Shown piece after piece: positions 28,844 through 36,002 of a stretch of DNA of 64,000 bases. The DNA comes from an uncultured Victivallales bacterium (lineage in GTDB: Bacteria; Verrucomicrobiota; Kiritimatiellia; UBA8416): NCBI GenBank assembly GCA_964387425.1, contig CAYLXP010000004.1:4246-68245 (forward strand), read 5' to 3'. A program made the translations under genes and the position numbers. Numbering within the stretch: the first letter of the stretch is position 1; the number at the start of each line of letters is the position of its first letter. The notes below the pieces were generated by a model. That model did not search any database and was not told the DNA's origin. It was given only the letters and a program-made list of their open reading frames with translations.

Positions 28844-29782
28844 ATGATGTTTCTTCTTGTGTTTTTTGACATGGATGTGCAGCCTGTTGGCGGTATGGCG
28901 GAGCGACAAGAACAGATTCGGGTTTCCACCGTCGTTATGAACGGCCTGGTGGAGGAAATTGGCCAGACACTTGGGGTGGGGGTGTTGAATTGTGCACCCG
29001 CGGAACCGACGGTGGAGGTCATTGCCGAGGTAGAGGGTACGGTCGGGTTCTGCTTTCATATGAACCGTGGACTGCAGATTCCTCTACATACGTCGGCTCC
29101 CGGCAAAGCGATTGTGGCATCTCTACTGCCTGATGATCGTGAGGATGTGATCTCGCGGATGTCCTTCAAGGTGTTCACCGACTACACGATCTCGACCCCT
29201 GGTGCATTCAGAACGGAGCTCAAGGAGGTTAGTCAGCTTGGATACTCCATCGATCGGAATGAGCAGGTCCTGAATTGCCACTGTATCGGTGTGCCCGTCT
29301 GCTTTCCTGGCGAGACCAACGTGGCGGCCCTCTGGACCACGGGACCGGCCAACATGCTGCCCGAGGACTCTTTTCCCGAGGTCGCCCGGCTCCTTGCGAA
29401 GGGCGCTGATGAGATCGAGGCGGCCCTGGGTGGAGCGAGCAGGGAGATAAACGCCGAGTACATACACCACGTGGTTGCCCGTGCGATCCAGATGATGGAT
29501 GTGACGCTGAATCAGCGGATGGACATGAAGCAAGTGGCGGCCGACCTCTGCGTGAGTTACTCCTGGTTCCGCCAGGCCTTCAAGAAACGCACCGGCTTGA
29601 GCCCGAATCAGTACCATATGCAGCGGCGGATCGAAAAGGCGAAGGAGCTACTCGCCAGCCCGCATGTAAAGGTCAAGGACGTCTCCGCGCAATTGGGCTT
29701 CTCCGATGAGTGCTACTTCTCCACCCGCTTCAAACAGCAAACCGGCCAGAGCCCGCAGGCATATCGGGATGGGCTGAGCTGA
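28844..29782 (+). CDS. AraC-family transcriptional regulator with N-terminal ligand-binding domain (start possibly ATG 28895)
   Basis: The C-terminal AraC HTH reads …MKQVAADLCVSYSWFRQAFKKRTGLSPNQYHMQRRIEKAKELL…LGFSDECYFSTRFKQQTGQSPQAYR. The gene is divergent from the catabolic operon. Confidence 0.75.
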   Translation: MMFLLVFFDMDVQPVGGMAERQEQIRVSTVVMNGLVEEIGQTLGVGVLNCAPAEPTVEVIAEVEGTVGFCFHMNRGLQIPLHTSAPGKAIVASLLPDDREDVISRMSFKVFTDYTISTPGAFRTELKEVSQLGYSIDRNEQVLNCHCIGVPVCFPGETNVAALWTTGPANMLPEDSFPEVARLLAKGADEIEAALGGASREINAEYIHHVVARAIQMMDVTLNQRMDMKQVAADLCVSYSWFRQAFKKRTGLSPNQYHMQRRIEKAKELLASPHVKVKDVSAQLGFSDECYFSTRFKQQTGQSPQAYRDGLS

Positions 29783-29959
29783 AACTGCATTTCGAACGTC
29801 GAACATCGAACATCGAACTCAGAACATCGAACGTCGAACACTGAAGTCTGTTCTCTCCTGGCTTGTCGAGTGTCCTGGCAAAAGAAAGTAGAACGTGACA
29901 ACTGCACCGGGAATAGAGACAATCTGATGAAATGTGAAGTTGCGCGGGAGGACTCCGTT

Positions 29960-30202
29960 ATGACCGAAGATCTACATCAAAGGATTACGATGAACCCGGG
30001 AGTGATGGCGGGCAAGGCCGTCATTCGGGGAACTCGGATCGCTGTCGACCTGGTTGTTCGAATGGTTGCGCAGGGAATCCCCGAGGAAGAACTGCTGCGG
30101 GAGTACCCTAGGCTGACGAAGGAAGATATCCAGGCGGCCCTCATGTATGCGGCAGACGTGGTCGCTCACGAAGACGTGTATCCTCTACCCGTCGCAGTCT
30201 AG
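29960..30202 (+). CDS. DUF433 family antitoxin-like protein
   Basis: The 80-aa protein MTEDLHQRITMNPGVMAGKAVIRGTRIAVDLVV…EDIQAALMYA matches the DUF433 pattern. ATG 29960 lies 8 nt after GGGAGGA; the track start at 29870 lacks this. Confidence 0.65.
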   Translation: MTEDLHQRITMNPGVMAGKAVIRGTRIAVDLVVRMVAQGIPEEELLREYPRLTKEDIQAALMYAADVVAHEDVYPLPVAV

Positions 30203-30209
30203 GACGCCC

Positions 30210-30572
30210 AATGCTCCGCTTCATCGTAGACGAATCGACTGGCACATCTGTTGCCAACTGCCTGCGTGATGCCGACTGTGATGTTGTTGTGGTCTCTGAG
30301 TCTATGCCTGCGGCCGATGACGTGGATATCCTGGCTCTGGCGGAGTAGGAAGATCGGATCGTTGTCACCAACGACAAGGATTTCGGGGAACTCGTCTTTC
30401 GCAGTGGTAAGGGGCATGCGGGAGTCATTCTTTTCCGCTTGCAGGATGAGTCTGCGGCGAACCGTGTGCGCATGGCGGCCATCATCTTGGAGCGGCATGG
30501 TGACCAGCTTGCCGGGAGCTTTGTCGTCGTCACCGAGAACAGCATCCGAATCCGTCCCGCTGTGAGTGGATA
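30210..30572 (+). pseudogene. DUF5615 (PIN-like) toxin-like gene interrupted by an in-frame TAG at 30345-30347
   Basis: Manual translation gives MLRFIVDESTGTSVANCLRDADCDVVVVSESMPAADDVDILALAE-*-EDRIVVTNDKDFGELVFRSGKGHAGVILFRLQDESAANRVRMAAIILERHGDQLAGSFVVVTENSIRIRPAVSG. Both halves match the DUF5615 consensus (…FLVDE…, …RILVT.DKDFGELVFR…HAGVIL.R). Uninterrupted, the gene would encode about 120 aa. Confidence 0.6.
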
Positions 30573-30990
30573 GTCGTCTTCCTCTGCCGGACAAGATGTC
30601 CGGCCTACCAAGGAAGTTTCCATGATGTATGATCCGGCGGAGGCAAGACGCCTCGCGCCTGAAACTGGCCTCGAGAGCTACTCGGACTGTCGCATCGGAA
30701 GACGATAGCGGGCGACGAGAGCGCTAGACGATTGATATGATCACTACTCGTTATCCGTTCTCGCCCCCTATCGTCAACCGGTTCCCCTTCTTGTTGGCTC
30801 CATTTCGATCCCGTGTCAAATCGCACAAGTCGATTTATCATAACCCTCATTTTCTGTTGAAGTCCCTTGCTCTACACTGCTCGTGATGAGACGGAGAGAG
30901 TAGTGCAAGCTTCCAGCTTGCGAGTTCACAAGCAAGATGCTTGTGCTACACTATTGGACTACAAGTGAACTGACTGGAGATAAACAGGAC

Positions 30991-33900
30991 ATGAACCCTA
31001 CTACGAAACTGAGAATACTGAGTTTGGCATCCATGCTACTGATCACCGCGTCATCAATGTGGGCAGGCACCTGCACCTTCAGCGACTGGCGCGTGAGTCA
31101 CGAAGGCAAAGTCACAAACTGGGTGGGAAGCGTGAAAGCAACCCAGGGGTTGCCGGAATGGTACGACGAAACCGAATGGCAGATGAATCGCGGCAAACGC
31201 TTCTCCAACAAGAAAGCCGACATCTATGCGGTGTGCGAGGTCACGGCTGATCGCGCCTATACCCAAGGCCTGTCGATATCAGGCCATACCAAAATACGTC
31301 TCAATGGTAGGGAGGTGGAACCGTACGAGAAACTGAACATCTTCAGTTTGGCTCTCAAGCGCGGCAAGAACGTCTTCGAAGTCAAGGCCCTGAAGGGCGG
31401 GAGCAAACTGCTGCTTACACGCGTGAACCTGGATCACATGTTTGTGCCAACCAATGCCAAGATCCGGAATGCGGAGCTCGCGATTAATGCACTGGGGAAG
31501 CGGTATTCTGACTATCCAGCAAAGAAGCATCTTGCGCGCCTGAAGGCGCTCAAGAAGAACAAGGCATCTGACGAAGAGGTCGAGAAACTGCGCTATCGTG
31601 CGCTGGTGTTGGACAACCCCGATGTTGATTTCGACAAGATCCTGTTCCGGGCGTCAAAGAGTACCTCCATGCCGGCCAACTGGCTGGGCAACGCCTCGTA
31701 CATTCGCAGCCGCGGTTCGGAACGCCAGGTGAACTTCAATGATGAGCTGTTGACGCTCAATCTGAAGAACCGCGCCATGGCGCCTGTCTGCAAGGGCGCC
31801 GACTCGCGTGAGGCATTCATGGATATTGCGCTGGATTACGATGGGACGAAGTTCCTCTTCTCCGGTGTCGATCTCGAGAGCAATAGCTTCCAGGTGTACG
31901 AGATGAATGTTGATGGCACCGGTAGGCGGCGCATCACCACGCCGGTACCGGCGATCGACAACTACAATGGGATTTACCTGCCGGGCGGCAAAATCCTCTT
32001 CTGCTCGACATCATCCCTCAACGCCGTGCCATGCGTTTCGGGTAGCCAGTATGTTGGGAACCTCTACGAAATCAACCCCGACGGATCCGGCATGCGCCAG
32101 GTGACCTTTGACCAGGAAAACGACTGGTACCCCTGGGTGACCGACGATGGTCGGGTGATGTACCTGCGCTGGGAGTACACCGACAACGCACACTATTTCA
32201 CGCGGATCCTCATGAAGATGAATCCCGACGGAACCAACCAACGGTCCATCTACGGTTCAAACTCCTATTTCCCGAACACCATGTTCTATGCCAAATCGAT
32301 CCCCGGGCGACCCTCGCAGTTTGCGGCGATCTGTTCGGGGCACCATGGAGTGTCGCGCGCGGGCGAGTTGATCATTTTTGACACGGCCAAGGGTGAGTTC
32401 GAGGCAGATGGTGCTGTGCAGCGGATTCCAGGGCGCGGCGAGGAGGTTGAACCCGCGGTTATCGACCAGTACATGAGTGGCAAGTGGCCGCGGTTTCTGC
32501 ATCCTTATCCGTTGAGCGAGGACTTCTTTCTGGTGTCCGGCCAATTGGATCCCCGGCAGAGATGGTCTCTTTACCTGGTGGATCGCTATGATAACATGAT
32601 CAAGCTCGCCGAGTCCGATCGGCATCTCTACGAGCCCGTGCCCCTGAAAGCGCGTAAGCGTCCCCCCGTCCGGCCTGACAGCCGGAACTTCGCCGCGGAG
32701 GATGCAACGCTATTCATCCAGGACATCTACGAAGGTCCGGGATTGGAAGGGGTTCCCCGCGGGACGGTCAAGTCGCTACGGCTCTTTACTTATGGCTATG
32801 CCTATCGCCAGGTGGGCGGTCATGAGGCTCTTGCTGTTGAGGGCGGTTGGGACACGAAGCGTGTGCTCGGCACGGTGCCCGTAGAGGAGGACGGCTCTGT
32901 CATGTTCAAGATTCCGCACAGCAAGCCGATCTCCATCCAGCCGCTGGATAAAGATGGGCGTGCATTGCAGTTGATGCGTAGCTGGCTGACGGCCATGCCC
33001 GGTGAACGGCTTTCCTGCATTGGTTGCCACGAGCGCAGCAATACGGCGCCGCCGCCACGCGTTGCCGCTGCGGCGCGCAAGGCTCCCGAGAACCTCACGC
33101 CCTGGAGAGGCATTGCGCGTCCGTACGGGTTCGGTTTTAAACGTGAGGTGCAGCCCGTACTCGACAAGTTCTGTGCGGGTTGTCACAAAGGCCAGGATGG
33201 CCGTCCCAACTTCGCAGACGCCACCGAAGAACAGTTCGGTAGGCGGCGCTTCGGCAAATCCTATCTTGCTCTGCATCCCTACGTGCGCCGGCCCGGTCCC
33301 GAGAGCGATATGCATCTGCTTCCGCCCATGGAGTACCACCCATCAACCAGCGAGCTGGTTCAGTTGTTGGAGAAGGGTCACTATGGGGTTGAGTTGGACG
33401 AGGACGCATGGTCCCGCCTGATTACGTGGATCGACCTCAATGTGCCCTACCACGCGACCTGGCTCGAGGAGCGCAACTACGACGAGGCCACCCAACAGAA
33501 GGCCGCCGATACCGTGGCGCTCAAGAAGCGCTACGCCGGTATCGACGACAACATCGAGTGGATGCCTAAACGGCCCATTGAAACGCCGGAATTCATCAAA
33601 CCCAAGCCGGTCAAGCGCACCGCGGATACCGTGACCCTGGATGGTTGGCCCCTCAGCGAGCAGGGCGCGAAAGCGCTCGCGGGTGAGACCAGGAGCTTCA
33701 AGGTTGGCGGGCGCAAAATGACCTTCGTGAAAGTTGCCGCCGGAAAATTCGTGATGGGTTCAAAAGATGGCGCCCTTGATGAAGCTCCGCGGAGCATCGT
33801 TTCGATCGACAAGCCGTTCTGGATGTCCGTGAAGGAGCTCACGAACCGGGAGTACAGCGATTTTGATCCCACGCACGACAGCGGGGCGATCGATCAGCAG

Positions 33901-34515
33901 TGGAAAGACCACATCTTTCCCGGCTATCCCGCGGGCGAGCCGGAAATGCCGGTCATTCGCGTCAGCTGGAACGAGGCGATGGCATACTGCAAGTGGGCCT
34001 CGGAGGAGAGCGGGGTCAAGGTCTCGCTGCCGACCGAAGCGCAGTGGGAATGGGCGGCCCGTGCCGGCAGTGGCGATGGTTTCCATTTTGAGAAAGCGCA
34101 GATAGCGGAATATGCAAACCTGGCCGACGAGAGCATCGGGTTGTTGGCCGTGAAGGGCGTGGATCCAAAACCCATCTCCGAAAGCTCGCGCTCACCGGTG
34201 ACTGACTTCGTTCCGCGCGATGCATCATTCGACGATGGCCGCCTGACGCCGTCCGGTACGGCGCAGTATGCCGCGAATCCGTGGGGACTGTTCGATATGC
34301 ACGGCAACGTCTCCGAATGGACGCGCTCCGACTACGCCGCCTACCCGTACAAGGCCGACGACGGCCGCAACGGCGGGAACGTTGACGTGCGCAAGGTGGC
34401 CCGTGGAGGCTCGTGGCGTGATCGTCCGCACCGCGCGACGGCTTCATTCCGCCTGCCGTACGAAGCGCACCAGAAGGTCTTCAACGTCGGCATTCGTCTT
34501 GTGATCGAGGAGTAA
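30991..34515 (+). CDS. paralog of the PD40 beta-propeller, two-CxxCH, FGE-sulfatase domain fusion protein (different N-terminal domain)
   Basis: A signal peptide MNPTTKLRILSLASMLLITASSMWA begins at ATG 30991. It is about 60% identical to the 11911-15483 protein across the propeller and haem regions (FIQDIYEGPGLEGVPRG…LSCIGCHERS…FCAGCHKGQDG). The C-terminal FGE domain contains FWMSVKELTNREYSDF, WEWAARAG and HGNVSEWT…GGSWRD. Confidence 0.75.
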   Translation: MNPTTKLRILSLASMLLITASSMWAGTCTFSDWRVSHEGKVTNWVGSVKATQGLPEWYDETEWQMNRGKRFSNKKADIYAVCEVTADRAYTQGLSISGHTKIRLNGREVEPYEKLNIFSLALKRGKNVFEVKALKGGSKLLLTRVNLDHMFVPTNAKIRNAELAINALGKRYSDYPAKKHLARLKALKKNKASDEEVEKLRYRALVLDNPDVDFDKILFRASKSTSMPANWLGNASYIRSRGSERQVNFNDELLTLNLKNRAMAPVCKGADSREAFMDIALDYDGTKFLFSGVDLESNSFQVYEMNVDGTGRRRITTPVPAIDNYNGIYLPGGKILFCSTSSLNAVPCVSGSQYVGNLYEINPDGSGMRQVTFDQENDWYPWVTDDGRVMYLRWEYTDNAHYFTRILMKMNPDGTNQRSIYGSNSYFPNTMFYAKSIPGRPSQFAAICSGHHGVSRAGELIIFDTAKGEFEADGAVQRIPGRGEEVEPAVIDQYMSGKWPRFLHPYPLSEDFFLVSGQLDPRQRWSLYLVDRYDNMIKLAESDRHLYEPVPLKARKRPPVRPDSRNFAAEDATLFIQDIYEGPGLEGVPRGTVKSLRLFTYGYAYRQVGGHEALAVEGGWDTKRVLGTVPVEEDGSVMFKIPHSKPISIQPLDKDGRALQLMRSWLTAMPGERLSCIGCHERSNTAPPPRVAAAARKAPENLTPWRGIARPYGFGFKREVQPVLDKFCAGCHKGQDGRPNFADATEEQFGRRRFGKSYLALHPYVRRPGPESDMHLLPPMEYHPSTSELVQLLEKGHYGVELDEDAWSRLITWIDLNVPYHATWLEERNYDEATQQKAADTVALKKRYAGIDDNIEWMPKRPIETPEFIKPKPVKRTADTVTLDGWPLSEQGAKALAGETRSFKVGGRKMTFVKVAAGKFVMGSKDGALDEAPRSIVSIDKPFWMSVKELTNREYSDFDPTHDSGAIDQQWKDHIFPGYPAGEPEMPVIRVSWNEAMAYCKWASEESGVKVSLPTEAQWEWAARAGSGDGFHFEKAQIAEYANLADESIGLLAVKGVDPKPISESSRSPVTDFVPRDASFDDGRLTPSGTAQYAANPWGLFDMHGNVSEWTRSDYAAYPYKADDGRNGGNVDVRKVARGGSWRDRPHRATASFRLPYEAHQKVFNVGIRLVIEE

Positions 34516-34583
34516 TTCTCGTTGAATGGGCAAGGACATCAAGCTAGTGGGGCCTGGGGGAGGACCCACGGAGTGGAGACATG

Positions 34584-34712
34584 CGTCGTCCTTCGGACGC
34601 CGCGGCGTGCGCTCGGAGATCGCACGCTACTGAGAGCCACGCTGGCGTGGCCTACTCCCAGGTAGCCGTTGCTCTCCGAGCGACGGCAGCAACGCCCGGA
34701 GGGCGGTGAATG
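34584..34712. repeat. copy A of a roughly 130 bp structured intergenic repeat (conserved arms, variable centre)
   Basis: cgtcgtccttcggacgccgcggcgtgcgctcggagatcgcacgctactga … gtagccgttgctctccgagcgacggcagcaacgcccggagggcggtgaatg is near-identical to 41810-41943. Each arm carries its own hairpin (gcgtgcg-N9-cgcacgc; gttgct-N14-agcaac). gcgctcggaga in the left arm is the reverse complement of tctccgagcg in the right arm. Confidence 0.6.
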
Positions 34713-34759
34713 AGCAGTGCACTGGGAGTGCGAAAGAGCTAGCAACAGGAGAAACAGGT

Positions 34760-35983
34760 ATGAGAACACCGGATCTGAGCCGGCGCACGTTCATCAAGGC
34801 CGCCGGGGCGGCCGTCGCGGTCCCCAACATCATCACATCCAACGCACTGGGCTCCAACGGGGTGCCTCCCGCCAGTGAACGCATTGTTATGGCCGGTCTT
34901 GGCATGGGGGGGCGCGGTCGGGGCGTGCTGGGCGAGTTCCTGGGCCAGGCCTCCATCCAGGTGGTTGCCGTCAATGACGTCAAGAAGGACACGATGGCAG
35001 GCGCCAAGAGCATGGTTGATAAGAAATACGGGAACAGTGACTGCCAGGCTCACGAGGATTACCGTGAGATCCTGGCTCGTGACGATATCGACATGGTTTT
35101 CTGTGCGCCGCCGGATCACTGGCACGCGCAGATGATGATCGACGCCTGCAAGGCGGGCAAGGACGTGATGTGCGAGAAACCGCTCACCCTGACGATTGCG
35201 GAAGGTCGCAAGATCGTCCAGGCGGCCAGGCAGTATGGTCGTATCGCTGCGGGCGGCAGCCAGCGTGTGCTGCAGGATTACGGCCGCGCGGCCTGTGCGG
35301 CCAACAGCGGGAAGTTCGGGAAGATCCTCTCCGCCAACGCCTCGCCCGGCGGGCCACCGAACCCCTGCTATCTCGGCGAGCAGCCTGTTCCTGACAACAT
35401 CAACTGGGATCTCTGGCTCGGTCCGGCGCCCTGGGCTCCTTATCACGCTTACCGCTGCGGTCGTGCCTACGGCCTGAGCGGCAAAGGTTTCCGGACGTGG
35501 GAGGATTACTCAGGCGGCATGATGACCGACTGGGGCGGCCACAAATTCGGTGGTGCGCTGCACGGTCTGCAACTCGATCACACCGGCCCGACCGAGATTC
35601 ATCCTCCCAAGGATGGACAGCCACTGACCTACGTCTTTGCGACCGGCCAGACGTTGAAGGTCCAGGGCGGACCCAACTACGTATGCGAGGGCGGTACAGT
35701 TTCCAGGGACAACCTGCGCCACAAGGTGCCGGCGGGTCTACGTTGGTACTCTGGTGGTGCCAAGACGCTCGTCCAGGATTTTGTCCACTGCGTCAAGACA
35801 CGCGAGACGCCATTCCGGGACGTCGAGTGGGCGCATCGTACGGCGACCGTTTGCCACCTGGGCAACATAGCGCTGAAGCTCAAGCGCTCCCTGAAGTGGG
35901 ATCCCGACAAAGAGGACTTCATCGGCGATGTAGAAGCAAGCCGAATGGTAGATCGCCCGCGTCGTGGCCCCTGGCAGATTTAG
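34760..35983 (+). CDS. periplasmic (Tat-signal) Gfo/Idh/MocA family oxidoreductase
   Basis: The N-terminus MRTPDLSRRTFIKAAGAAVAV is a twin-arginine motif. A Rossmann region (RIVMAGLGMGGRG…), EKPLTLT and a roughly 410-aa length follow. The ATG at 34760 is preferred over the track start at 34706, which lies inside repeat copy A. Confidence 0.8.
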   Translation: MRTPDLSRRTFIKAAGAAVAVPNIITSNALGSNGVPPASERIVMAGLGMGGRGRGVLGEFLGQASIQVVAVNDVKKDTMAGAKSMVDKKYGNSDCQAHEDYREILARDDIDMVFCAPPDHWHAQMMIDACKAGKDVMCEKPLTLTIAEGRKIVQAARQYGRIAAGGSQRVLQDYGRAACAANSGKFGKILSANASPGGPPNPCYLGEQPVPDNINWDLWLGPAPWAPYHAYRCGRAYGLSGKGFRTWEDYSGGMMTDWGGHKFGGALHGLQLDHTGPTEIHPPKDGQPLTYVFATGQTLKVQGGPNYVCEGGTVSRDNLRHKVPAGLRWYSGGAKTLVQDFVHCVKTRETPFRDVEWAHRTATVCHLGNIALKLKRSLKWDPDKEDFIGDVEASRMVDRPRRGPWQI

Positions 35984-36002
35984 AGAATTGGAAGGAAAAC
36001 TC

